A stretch of 64,000 bases of DNA from assembly GCA_040220235.1 (NCBI GenBank), contig JAVJTO010000168.1; one strand, given 5' to 3'. A program made the position numbers and the translations under genes. The notes under the pieces were generated by a model. That model did not search any database. It was not told where the DNA came from and saw only the letters and a list, made by a program, of their open reading frames with translations. Within the stretch, counting starts at the first letter, position 1. Each line of letters begins with the position of its first letter. Below are positions 30,832-40,304 of this stretch, in pieces. The DNA is from Coleofasciculus sp. B1-GNL1-01 (GTDB lineage Bacteria > Cyanobacteriota > Cyanobacteriia > Cyanobacteriales > Coleofasciculaceae).

Positions 30832-31209
30832 ATGACAACTAACTTTATGTTTACTCCGATAGAGAATTTGTCTCAGTTAACCTACTCTGTACTTATTGAA
30901 CAAGAACGGGGTAGCTATAAAGCAATGGTATGGGGTTTACCTGATTGTCAGACAACGGGGAAAACTCGCGAAGCGGCATTAGTGAGTTTACGTCAATTGT
31001 TAGAGGCACGTTTGGAGAACGCTGAACTTGTTTCTCTAGATATTGAACGTCCTCAATCTGACAATCCTTGGCTGAAATTGGCGGGTAAATATAAGGATGA
31101 TTCTCAATTTGATCAGATGTTGGATTATATCCAAGCTTATCGTCGTGAACTCGATCAGGAAATGGAGGATTATTATCGGCAACTAGATGCCGAGGATGAA
31201 GTCAAGTGA
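30832..31209 (+). CDS. HicB-like antitoxin
   Basis: Y.VLIE...Y.A.V.GLPDC.T.G.TRE.AL; coupled to PIN gene. Confidence 0.75.
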   Translation: MTTNFMFTPIENLSQLTYSVLIEQERGSYKAMVWGLPDCQTTGKTREAALVSLRQLLEARLENAELVSLDIERPQSDNPWLKLAGKYKDDSQFDQMLDYIQAYRRELDQEMEDYYRQLDAEDEVK

Positions 31210-31631
31210 GTCTGTGGATACTTGATACCGATTGCCTTTCGCTGCTGCAACGGGGTCATCCAATTATCAGTCAGCGTGTTACCGCCGTTAATCCTAGAGA
31301 AATTGCGACAACTATTATTACTGTGGAAGAACAATTGCGGGGACGGCTGGATAGTATTAGACGGGTGAGTTCTAATGATGCTCGGATATTGGCTTACAGA
31401 AGATTTCGGGATACATTAGAAGATTTTAGGACTATCAATGTACTGGATTTCGATCCAGAGGCTAACAGTTGTTATACAGAATTGATTCGTCAAAGGATTC
31501 GGATTGGTACGCAAGATTTACGAGTTGCTTCGATTGTGATGTCCAGAAATGCTATATTGGTTACACGTAATCGGCGCGATTTTACAAAGGTTCCAGGGTT
31601 GGTGTTTGAAGATTGGACGGTTCAACCCTGA
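31206..31631 (+). CDS. VapC/PIN toxin
   Basis: ILDTD, TVEE, DLRVASI, LVTRN.RDF. Confidence 0.9.
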   Translation: MSLWILDTDCLSLLQRGHPIISQRVTAVNPREIATTIITVEEQLRGRLDSIRRVSSNDARILAYRRFRDTLEDFRTINVLDFDPEANSCYTELIRQRIRIGTQDLRVASIVMSRNAILVTRNRRDFTKVPGLVFEDWTVQP

Positions 31632-31634
31632 TTT

Positions 31635-31755
31635 CCTGTAGGGGCGACCCGCTTGCACTAATTAACAATACTAATCCATTCAATTGACTTGGGTCGCCCT
31701 TTTATCAGTTTGTTCTCAATATTGAAGCGTTGATGGCGCTAAAGCGCAACTACAA
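31635..31755 (+). repeat. 121-bp direct repeat, right copy
   Basis: Near-identical to 30625-30745. Confidence 0.9.
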
Positions 31756-31812
31756 ACTGGCAGAATGGGGATAGGTTCGATACAATTGGCAAATGAATCT
31801 TAATGCTTACTA

Positions 31813-32877
31813 ATGGATTCAACAGAGGCGCTGGAATTCATCAACAGGCGGCTGTGGGAGAACTCTCAGCCTGTTTTGACTGAAGCGGAAGAGGCGATTG
31901 TGATTGGGATTTGGCAGGATTACAGTTATCAACAGATTGCCGCCCAAAACTCTTTTGTTTATCAATACACTAGAGAATTAGGCGCAAATTTATGCAAAAG
32001 ACTGAAAGAGTATTTTAATAATGAAATTAATAAACGAAATTTTAAAAGGCAAATTGAATATCTTTATGGTGTAGAGGTTGAAACTAAACCGCCAAAATCT
32101 GAGATGTCAGCGCCCCCTGAACTCTTACAACAAACCTCAACTTCTGTAGATTTTGACAATCTAACGATTAATCCCTTTACCCCTCAACAAGGCAGAATCG
32201 ATAATCCGCAAGACTTCTTTAACCGAGAACGGGAAATCCGGCAGATATTTGAGGTGATTAATAGTGGTAGCAGTGTTGTCTTAATCGGAGCCGAGGGTGT
32301 CGGTAAATCTTCTTTGCTTTCCCAGATTGTCCGACTGGCGGATACTCATCTCCATTCGCCGCGTCAGCCTATCTTTCTCGACTTAAATACAGTTGTAGAT
32401 GAAGATGATTTCTATGGTGCATTATGTGATGAGATTGGTATCCCGGAAACTAAGGGAGCCAGGTTAAGTCGCTATTTGAAATCGCGTCAAGTTCTGCTGG
32501 TTTTAGATAATGTGGGAAAAATGACGTGGGATGGCTTTAATCGCGGTGTGCGGGATTATCTACGAGGTTTGGCTGAGGGGAGTCAAGCACCACTGAAGCT
32601 GGTTTTGGCGGCGAATGAATCTTTAGATGAACTGTTTAATGATAGTTGGGATAATGGCAAAACGTCTCCTCTGGCAGGAGTTTGTCAAGAAGAAATCATA
32701 AAACCCTGGAATGAACCAACCGCCCGTGATTTTATTGAGGCACGTTTGGCGATGACTTCGGTAAGGTTTACTGACGCTGAAATTAATCAGTTAGTTGAGG
32801 AAAGTGGCGGTCATCCACGGCAATTAATGCAGTTATGTTATCGAATGTATTCTCGGTATTTGGAGGGTGAGTCATGA
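31813..32877 (+). CDS. wHTH + STAND-like AAA ATPase
   Basis: N-terminal HTH-like (W...SYQQIA), NPF, GAEGVGKSS, LLVLDN, SGGHP. Confidence 0.82.
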   Translation: MDSTEALEFINRRLWENSQPVLTEAEEAIVIGIWQDYSYQQIAAQNSFVYQYTRELGANLCKRLKEYFNNEINKRNFKRQIEYLYGVEVETKPPKSEMSAPPELLQQTSTSVDFDNLTINPFTPQQGRIDNPQDFFNREREIRQIFEVINSGSSVVLIGAEGVGKSSLLSQIVRLADTHLHSPRQPIFLDLNTVVDEDDFYGALCDEIGIPETKGARLSRYLKSRQVLLVLDNVGKMTWDGFNRGVRDYLRGLAEGSQAPLKLVLAANESLDELFNDSWDNGKTSPLAGVCQEEIIKPWNEPTARDFIEARLAMTSVRFTDAEINQLVEESGGHPRQLMQLCYRMYSRYLEGES

Positions 32878-32949
32878 GTTTATATTTTGCCGGATTTATC
32901 TCTATGGTTGAAAACCAGATATTAAACACTATTATTCGTCAATTTAGGG

Positions 32950-33265
32950 GGGAGAGTGACCTCTCCCTAGCCCTCTCCTACAAGGAGAGGGAACCGGAAT
33001 ATATTTGTTATTTAATGCAGCTTTCCGACTCCCCCTTCCGTGCAAAAAAAGCGAAGCATCCTCTGGCTTCCCCCATGGAACAAAAAGCGAAGCATCCTTT
33101 GGTCTCCCCCGTGCAAAAAAAGCGAAGCATCCTTTGGCTTCCCCCTTTTGAAGGGGGACGGGAGGGGGATCTGAAGGGGGACGGAAGGGGGATCAAAAAG
33201 GGGGACGGAAGGGGGATCAAAAAGGGGGACGGGAGGGGGATTAAAAAGGGGGCTGGGGGGTTAGG
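32950..33265. repeat. Composite repeat patch: 3x AAAAAGCGAAGCATCCT unit and 21-bp G-rich tandem
   Basis: Seen directly; inverted unit near 36280. Confidence 0.8.
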
Positions 33266-33339
33266 TTTTTCAACTTTACCCACACAATCATTTAATTCCC
33301 AGGTGGGATTAAGTTTCTGACAATAGCACCAGAATTCCC

Positions 33340-36042
33340 ATGAGCCAACATCGCCCGGTTCCCCGATTAGATTTAGCACCGAAACTGAAACGCCCTCTCT
33401 CTTTATGGAATCCCTTGGATTATTTGCGCCTGTTGTATTGGGTGTTTTACTTTCCTCAAGCCTTGCGCTGGTATGTGGATACCTTCGGCGGTGGGTATAT
33501 TCCTCCAAAAGAAATGAATTGGCGCAAGGGATTAGAACTATTGCGTCAGAATCTTATCCAGCGCCAGTTACTTGTTCAAGGGTTAGTATTGAGCATTGTT
33601 ATTCCTGTAGCTTGTTGTGGATTACTTCAACAGATAGGATTTGAAATTGATTGGAGTAGCGTGACGCTAGGCGTGGTGGGAGGCGTGGCGGGAAGCGTGA
33701 CGCTAGGTGTGACCCTAGGCGTGGCGGGAGGTGTGGCGGTAGGCATTGGGTTTGGTGTGGGCTTTAGTGTGGGCTTGGGTGTAGGGTTTAATGTGGGCTT
33801 TGGTGTGGTGGTAGGTGCAGCGCTAGGTGTGGTGGTAGGTGTGGCAGGGGGCGTAGCCCTAGGTGTGGCGGTAGGCATAGCGGGAAGTGTGGCGCTAGGC
33901 ATCTGGTTTGGCATAACGGGAGGTATGGCAGGAGGCGTGGCGGGAGGCGTGGCGGGAGGCGTGACAATTCTGCGTCCAGAAAACTGGTTGATTAGTTCAC
34001 TGTTAAACCTGCGATACCTTCAGAATGGAAGTTTGTTATTCCCCCGCATTACCTTACTTCCTCTACCTTATCTAAGGTTTCGTTTACAGAATTGGCTGCA
34101 ACAGGATTGGCAAAAGGGTTTACACAATATCAATCAATTATTGGCATATACTCTACAGTTTATTCCTGTTGTGCAAAGTGTTAATCTGGTACTGGATAAA
34201 ACCCCATCAGAACAACTGATTTGGCGTATCTCTCGGCTGGCTGAAACCCCTTTTGATTGGCAGCTACTACGGTTTTGTTCAGTTTCACTGAATGCGGTGT
34301 TTAAGTCAAACGCCGTAGAAAATTTTTTCTTATTTCCTTATCATTGGCGGCAACAGCTTCAAGCTAACTTTACTACAGATACTCGCTTAGACACTCCTGC
34401 CCGTGCTACGGCTGCTGGTTTTTGGCATCTCCATGAAAAAGAACCTGCAAAAGCAACCGAAGCATTTGCTGTTGTTCGTTCTCTTCTCTATGGTGAGGAA
34501 CTCTTCACCCTCGCCCAAACTCTCACCACATTCAAAAAAACCAAAGAACCTGACACAATCGCCACATTAGAACTACTCACTTCCCCAAACGAACCCCTAC
34601 TGCGTCCCATAACCTGGAACACAATAAAATCTCTCTATCGAGTCGTGGAAGATGTGCGAGTAGTTCAGCGTAGCGTCTCTCGTTCCACCCGTGCCTTTGC
34701 CCTGAATCGCGCCTTAGGAGAACTGGAAACTATCCTTAATCGTATCGAAACCTTACCCGAAGCTGAACGAGAATTAATCAAAGATATTGCCCAGACTTGG
34801 CAAGACGCATTATTACAAATTGCGACGGAAATTGGCAAGATTTCCATCACCAAACCTGTCACTAATCCTTATGTGGTAGGAGACCCCGTTGAAGGAAATC
34901 GCTTTGTCGGACGAGACGATATCCTTAGACAATTAGAAGAACTATGGGTTATGAGTCAACAACTCCAGTCTGTAGTTTTCTATGGTCATCGCCGCATGGG
35001 GAAAACTTCGATTCTTTTAAATGTGGCAAACTGTTCCGGTTCACGGGTAAAAGTGCTTTATATTAATCTACTGCTTTTAGGAAATAGTCCCCAAGGTGTC
35101 GGAGAAGTATTAATGGCGATAAGTGATGCAATTTCCGATTCCTTCGGCTGTCCCCCTCCAGATGATAATGACTTGCTGAATCTTCCTTATCCTACTTTTA
35201 GACGGTATTTCAAGCAGGTTGTAGAAATATTACCAGCAATGTCTCTACAGGGTTTAATTATTGCTCTAGATGAATTCGAGAAAATCGAGGAACTCATCGA
35301 ATCTGAAAAAATTCCCAATGACTTTATTTCATATCTAAAAGGCTTATTACAAAATAATTATAAAGTCGCGTTTGCTTTTGCTGGGTTGCACACCTTAGAA
35401 GAAATGACCGCCGATTATTTCCAACCTTTCTTTGCTAGCGTTCTTCCGATTCACGTCGGTTTCTTAGAACCTGCTGCAACGCGCCAGATTTTAGCCAATC
35501 CCAGCCTGGAAAATCCAGCTTCGACTGTTTCAGATATATCGGATAATGAGGCTGTTGATTTTCCTCTGGATTACACTCCAGACGCCCTTGACTCAATCTA
35601 TCGTCTAACCGCAGGTCAACCCTATTTAGTTCAACTGGTGGGATTCCAACTGGTGCGCCGATACAATGATTTTGTGTTTGAACAGGGACATTCGCGTGAC
35701 CCAGTTTTTACGGTAGAGGATGTGGAAGCGGTGATTAATGACCCCGAATTTTATAAACGGGGACGGTATTATTTTGATGGGGTTTGGGGTCAAGCGGCGC
35801 GAGGGGTTACAGGTCAACAGGCAATCCTTAAGGTGTTAGCGCCTCACCCGGATGGGTTAATCATTGAACAATTAAGGATAAATTTAGCAGAATTATTCAG
35901 AGAATTAGGACTTGCGCTTCTAGAGGAGAAACAATTAGAGGAAGCGTTGGAGACATTAAAACGCCATGATGTGATTCAGCAAAAGGGTGAGTCTTGGCAG
36001 ATTATCGTTGAACTATTCCGGCGCTGGGTGTTAAATCAGTAG
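33340..36042 (+). CDS. Membrane-associated STAND-like ATPase with glycine-zipper repeats
   Basis: GVAGG repeats, NPYVVG.PV, FVGR, GHRRMGKTS, IALDEFE, TAGQPYLVQ. Confidence 0.85.
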   Translation: MSQHRPVPRLDLAPKLKRPLSLWNPLDYLRLLYWVFYFPQALRWYVDTFGGGYIPPKEMNWRKGLELLRQNLIQRQLLVQGLVLSIVIPVACCGLLQQIGFEIDWSSVTLGVVGGVAGSVTLGVTLGVAGGVAVGIGFGVGFSVGLGVGFNVGFGVVVGAALGVVVGVAGGVALGVAVGIAGSVALGIWFGITGGMAGGVAGGVAGGVTILRPENWLISSLLNLRYLQNGSLLFPRITLLPLPYLRFRLQNWLQQDWQKGLHNINQLLAYTLQFIPVVQSVNLVLDKTPSEQLIWRISRLAETPFDWQLLRFCSVSLNAVFKSNAVENFFLFPYHWRQQLQANFTTDTRLDTPARATAAGFWHLHEKEPAKATEAFAVVRSLLYGEELFTLAQTLTTFKKTKEPDTIATLELLTSPNEPLLRPITWNTIKSLYRVVEDVRVVQRSVSRSTRAFALNRALGELETILNRIETLPEAERELIKDIAQTWQDALLQIATEIGKISITKPVTNPYVVGDPVEGNRFVGRDDILRQLEELWVMSQQLQSVVFYGHRRMGKTSILLNVANCSGSRVKVLYINLLLLGNSPQGVGEVLMAISDAISDSFGCPPPDDNDLLNLPYPTFRRYFKQVVEILPAMSLQGLIIALDEFEKIEELIESEKIPNDFISYLKGLLQNNYKVAFAFAGLHTLEEMTADYFQPFFASVLPIHVGFLEPAATRQILANPSLENPASTVSDISDNEAVDFPLDYTPDALDSIYRLTAGQPYLVQLVGFQLVRRYNDFVFEQGHSRDPVFTVEDVEAVINDPEFYKRGRYYFDGVWGQAARGVTGQQAILKVLAPHPDGLIIEQLRINLAELFRELGLALLEEKQLEEALETLKRHDVIQQKGESWQIIVELFRRWVLNQ

Positions 36043-36168
36043 ATTGTCATTAGTCATTAGTCATTTGTCATTTGTTGAATCAATTTTTTACCTAATTGTA
36101 GTGGCGTGACATACCGACTTTTATCAATTAACCTTACGCCCAGAAACCGTAGGGACGCACTGATGTGC

Positions 36169-36435
36169 ATTGGTGACAACTTAAGATGAAACCCAATACA
36201 GAGGGAGCTTTTCACCCTCATCCCCTAACCCCTTCTCCCACCCCCCTCGTTCCCCCCTACAAGAGAGGGGAGGACAGAGGATGCTTCGCTTTTGTTTCAT
36301 GGGAGAAGGGGAACCATCACATAAAACCGCTTCTAGTATCAGGGAAAAGAACACACTTTCTTTCTTGTATTTCTTGCTCCCCTCTCCCCTGGTGGGAGAG
36401 GGGCTGGGGGTGAGGGGTTCTAGCTTAAGTTGACA
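36169..36435. mobile_element. MITE-like element with (G)ACAACTTAAG...CTTAAGTTGAC ends
   Basis: Inverted termini; same terminus near 52700. Confidence 0.6.
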
Positions 36436-36667
36436 TCTAAGTCGCCAATTTGGATGCCTGGAAATAAATTTCCGGCTGAAAGCTAAAGTAAGCTAAAGCT
36501 TACTGAGTATTTGAACCCGTTAAAACAGGTTTTAGCTTTAGTTCAGGGCTTAGACTAAAATTCAAAATCGGAACATTGGCGACAAAATGATTCTACTTTA
36601 TGTAGAAACTTAGCCTGTCACACCTCTACACTGGTAAAGACTGACAACTATCTTCCGTTAACATCGC

Positions 36668-37309
36668 GTGTCTTCAACCAATCCCCAAACGTTCCCCTTA
36701 ATCCTCGGTATTACTGGTGCCTCTGGCTTAATCTATGCAGTACGTGCCGTGAAGTTTCTCTTAGAAGCCGACTATACCATCGAACTGGTGGCATCAAAAT
36801 CAGCCTATATGGTTTGGCAAGCGGAACAAAACACCCGTATGCCTCCAGAACCCGAACAACAGACACAATTCTGGCGTCAGCAAGCAGGTGTACCCAAAAA
36901 AGGCAAGCTGATTTGTCATCGCTGGGGGGATGTGGGTGCAACCATTGCCAGTGGTTCGTTCCGGACATTGGGAATGGTGATTATTCCCTGTAGTATGAGT
37001 ACGGTGGCAAAAATTGCCAATGGTTTGAGTTCAGATTTATTAGAACGGTCAGCCGATGTGCAGTTAAAAGAAGGGCGTCAACTGATAATTGTACCCCGTG
37101 AAACACCATTTAGCTTAATTCACCTGCGTAACCTCACCACTCTAGCCGAAGCTGGAGTCAAGATTGTGCCAGCCATTCCCGCCTGGTATCACAATCCTCA
37201 AACCATTGAAGATTTAGTGGATTTTGTTGTAGCGCGAACCTTAGACCAACTCAATATTGATTGTGTTCCTTTAACACGATGGCAAGGTGGTTTTCGGGAA
37301 AAGGTTTGA
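36668..37309 (+). CDS. ubiX: Flavin prenyltransferase
   Basis: GITGASG, IASGSF, PCSMST, PRETP. Confidence 0.95.
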   Translation: MSSTNPQTFPLILGITGASGLIYAVRAVKFLLEADYTIELVASKSAYMVWQAEQNTRMPPEPEQQTQFWRQQAGVPKKGKLICHRWGDVGATIASGSFRTLGMVIIPCSMSTVAKIANGLSSDLLERSADVQLKEGRQLIIVPRETPFSLIHLRNLTTLAEAGVKIVPAIPAWYHNPQTIEDLVDFVVARTLDQLNIDCVPLTRWQGGFREKV

Positions 37310-37587
37310 CTCTTTGCTTGGTTCAGGAGATCGGGTTTTTCGGGGCGGGTTTCAAAATTATTGTTTCTTACTTGACCCAGATGTAACTAAACCTGCCGTG
37401 ACTTGGTTAGGGCGATTGAAATCGCTGCTACATAAGCAAAGTCCGCCTACGCGGACTGAATTGTAACGGCGATAGTCAACCGGAATTTAGAATCAGCTAG
37501 GTGTATAATTGATGGCATTTAATTTAATTCCGATCTAACATTAAAGTATTTTCAGTATCCGACGTTAAAAAGTAACAGAGTTAGGTT

Positions 37588-38586
37588 ATGAGTCCCAGGC
37601 GGCACATTTCTAAAAAAGCGTCTTTGAAGTCTACTTTTACTCCTCCTGCCAATCCACTAAAAACCCGTGGGTTCGGTAACGGTATCCAAGCCAGACGTGC
37701 AGAGCTACCTCAAACCAAGCTGTTGCAGACACGTCCGTTGGGTTCACCTGCTATGGCACAGCAAGAACCACAGGATGCCCGTTCTGCTGAAGCACAACTC
37801 GAAGGGAAATCTCGTTTTGGTTACAATGGACTCGAAATACCAGTCAATGCGCCTATTTCACCACCTCCACCGCCACCAATTCAGAGGAAGGAAGCTTCGG
37901 AAAAGCTGGGAAACTGGCGGCAAAAGCCAGCAATACCCGCCGCCAATCCTGTATTGAACCGATTGAAATTGAATCAACTTCAGGCAAAAAAATTCACTTC
38001 ACAACAAAGTATCCAGCGAAAGGAAAATTCTGAAGCAGAAGAACTACAGAAGCCGCCGGAAGCGGGGACAGTGGAACAGCCGCAACTACTGGAACAAGAA
38101 GCACCAAAACAAATCCAGGGGGCAACAGAATTCGGACAGATAGTCCAGCAGCAAGATGATTCCTCTAGCGCTCACGGAACCGAGAAAGCCAAAGAAAGTA
38201 AAAGGAGGATTTCTAAAGAGCAAGCCGAGAGAATAAACACAGTAATTGCTCAAGTAAGGAAACTGATTTCAGAAGAGTATTTAGAAAGTCAGTTCAATGC
38301 TCTAGATGGAAACTTGCCTGAACTAATCGGAGAATGTTTTAAAATACATGGACACTTAATGACTTTTTTGCTTTTTTCCGCTGCTCGTGTTTGTGGAGAA
38401 AATGGATTGTTAAGTTTGGATTGCTACCTTGCATTAGGATTACTAGCAGGAGAACTAATAGCTTACTATTATTGCATAAAAAATAAGCTCAATTCCAAGC
38501 AATTAAAACTAAAAACTGTAGAAGCATATTTAGATAAAATTTTCTACTTCCATGATGAGATAAGTAGGATTCAAGAAGACCTGTAG
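37588..38586 (+). CDS. Hypothetical protein with eCIS/DUF4157-like low-complexity N-terminus and hydrophobic Cys-rich C-terminus
   Basis: RFGYN...IPV, PIQRK, LQAK, IQRKE motifs; AT-rich 3' third. Confidence 0.6.
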   Translation: MSPRRHISKKASLKSTFTPPANPLKTRGFGNGIQARRAELPQTKLLQTRPLGSPAMAQQEPQDARSAEAQLEGKSRFGYNGLEIPVNAPISPPPPPPIQRKEASEKLGNWRQKPAIPAANPVLNRLKLNQLQAKKFTSQQSIQRKENSEAEELQKPPEAGTVEQPQLLEQEAPKQIQGATEFGQIVQQQDDSSSAHGTEKAKESKRRISKEQAERINTVIAQVRKLISEEYLESQFNALDGNLPELIGECFKIHGHLMTFLLFSAARVCGENGLLSLDCYLALGLLAGELIAYYYCIKNKLNSKQLKLKTVEAYLDKIFYFHDEISRIQEDL

Positions 38587-38626
38587 ACTTATTAATAGGA
38601 TGTGTTGGGTTATAGGGGGATTTGAA

Positions 38627-38818
38627 ATGGCAGATTCAGTCAAGCTGATTATAATATTTGGATTGTATATTTTTACGATATTTACCCTAACATCTAAAAT
38701 AAGAAGTTTAAGAAAAACATTGACAAAAAAAGAAACTGACATCAAGCAAATAGAAACCAAGCTGGAAGTTTTAGAAAAAATAATTAAAGCTAGATCAGAT
38801 AATAATCACAATGAGTAA
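38627..38818 (+). CDS. Small TM + coiled-coil protein
   Basis: AGGGGG RBS; hydrophobic N-terminus and heptad-like C-terminus. Confidence 0.6.
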   Translation: MADSVKLIIIFGLYIFTIFTLTSKIRSLRKTLTKKETDIKQIETKLEVLEKIIKARSDNNHNE

Positions 38819-38877
38819 AAACGGAAAATTTTTAAATTAAAATCAGTAAACAATTTTCTAGAAAATAAAAATAAATA

Positions 38878-39116
38878 GTGAAAATATAATTTGGCTAATA
38901 TTAGTAATTTTTTATATTTCTGTATCGATAAGCGACCAATTAGAGTGGCTAAATTTTCTAATTTTAGTTTGTCTGCATATATATATGGTTTTAGACTTGA
39001 GAGGTGATGATTCAGAATTTACTCAGAAAGTTGTAGCTATCAAAGAGAGGATAGGAATAATACAGACTAGACTTACATCACTTGAAAAAGAAATCGACAA
39101 GCTTCGCGACTATTGA
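38878..39116 (+). pseudogene. Paralogue of 39179-39406 with a frameshift right after the GTG start
   Basis: Open frame 38880-39116 encodes ...VLDLRGDDSEFTQKVVAIKERI...; not in the ORF track. Confidence 0.75.
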
Positions 39117-39178
39117 GTTCATGACTAAGTTTATTAAAACTTTAGTTAAAAATCCAAATAAGGTTCAGAGTAAAAACC

Positions 39179-39406
39179 ATGAAGAACTTAATTTTTATAG
39201 TTTTGGTAATTTTGTACATTTTTTCGATAAATAACCACTTATCGGGGTTGAGTTTTTTAGTCTTAGCTTGTGTAGGTATATATGTTATTTTAGACTTGAG
39301 AGGTGATGATTCAGAATTGAATCAGAAAATTGCAGCTATGGAAGAGAGAATAATGATCATACAAGCTCGACTTAAATCAATCGAATCAGAAATCGAAAAT
39401 GAGTGA
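39179..39406 (+). CDS. Small 2-TM + coiled-coil protein
   Basis: Has a tandem paralogue sharing LDLRGDDSE. Confidence 0.7.
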   Translation: MKNLIFIVLVILYIFSINNHLSGLSFLVLACVGIYVILDLRGDDSELNQKIAAMEERIMIIQARLKSIESEIENE

Positions 39407-39414
39407 GCATCGAT

Positions 39415-39517
39415 TAAGCTGTCATGCATTTAAATTGGGTATTAGTAGCGAGCAAGATGCTCCCACTACAAGGAGTACGTCATTATTGACATTAAGGTTT
39501 AAATACCGAACAGTTTA
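39415..39517. mobile_element. MITE, TAAGCTGT family, short form (103 bp)
   Basis: Homologous to 62187-62314 but lacks the internal insert. Confidence 0.85.
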
Positions 39518-39557
39518 TCGTTTATTTCCTCACCCAGATGTAACTTAACCCGCACCG

Positions 39558-39995
39558 ATGAGATTAGCCACACCCGTTGTCAGCTTGATATTAATGAGTC
39601 TGCTCATGTTTAGTTGTGGTCAGGCTCCACAACGTCAGGAGAAAAATTTGAATCGACAGCAAATTGAACAACTCGCTCGGATTCAGTTACCTCCAAGCAG
39701 TAAGGAGATTGAAGTGCATACTGAGTCCGGTATTGACTCGTTGATTGTCCTGCGGTTTACTCTCGATCAAAGTGATTTGGATAGTTTTTTGACCAGTGCT
39801 GGGTATACTGAACCCTTAAAAGAAGGATTTCGTCCCTTTAGTTCACAAGAGTTGAGGGATGTTTCTTGGTGGAATCCAGATGAGGCAAAAGACGTTATTG
39901 GTGGATTTCTGAATACCTCAGACTGGGCTAGTGAAGTGATGGTCGATGTTTCAGCGTCTCAGCCAGTCGTCTACTTAAAATCTTATGATTTGTAG
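39558..39995 (+). CDS. Putative lipoprotein
   Basis: Signal peptide with lipobox-like MFSC. Confidence 0.7.
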   Translation: MRLATPVVSLILMSLLMFSCGQAPQRQEKNLNRQQIEQLARIQLPPSSKEIEVHTESGIDSLIVLRFTLDQSDLDSFLTSAGYTEPLKEGFRPFSSQELRDVSWWNPDEAKDVIGGFLNTSDWASEVMVDVSASQPVVYLKSYDL

Positions 39996-40042
39996 TTGTC
40001 TAAGATTTCACCCATCTGAGAAAAGAGAGATACGTTAACTTA

Positions 40043-40191
40043 TATAGCATTTGTAAATGAGTTGTAAACCTAGAATGTATTTTCTTAGATTACTTAAAAA
40101 CCCTGTATCTCTTTCCCCTATTGCCTATTGCCCATTGCCCATTGCCTTTTTACCAGGTTCCTGTGTTCACGACCCAAATAAAAACACTATA
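40043..40191. mobile_element. MITE-like element with TATAG...CTATA ends and TTGCCCA heptamers
   Basis: Termini similar to 1543-1645. Confidence 0.55.
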
Positions 40192-40304
40192 TACTCTGCA
40201 CTCCTACTCTATAACTTAAGGCTGGTGGGTTGAGCGAAGTCGAAACCCACCCTACGGTATATTAAGGGTTTCGGCGATGTCAAAATGCTTATTTCAGTGC
40301 CATT

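Noticed and set aside
33030..33265. CRISPR-like array
   Set aside because: Units are tandem or have near-identical spacers; no cas genes
32874..33508. ORFs 32874-33320 (+) and 33008-33508 (-)
   Set aside because: They are translations of tandem DNA repeats (KGDGRGI / LIPLPSPF)
33627..33914. Pro/Thr-rich ORF on the minus strand
   Set aside because: Antisense shadow of the glycine-zipper repeats
36186..36413. 75-aa ORF
   Set aside because: Lies entirely inside a MITE-like repeat
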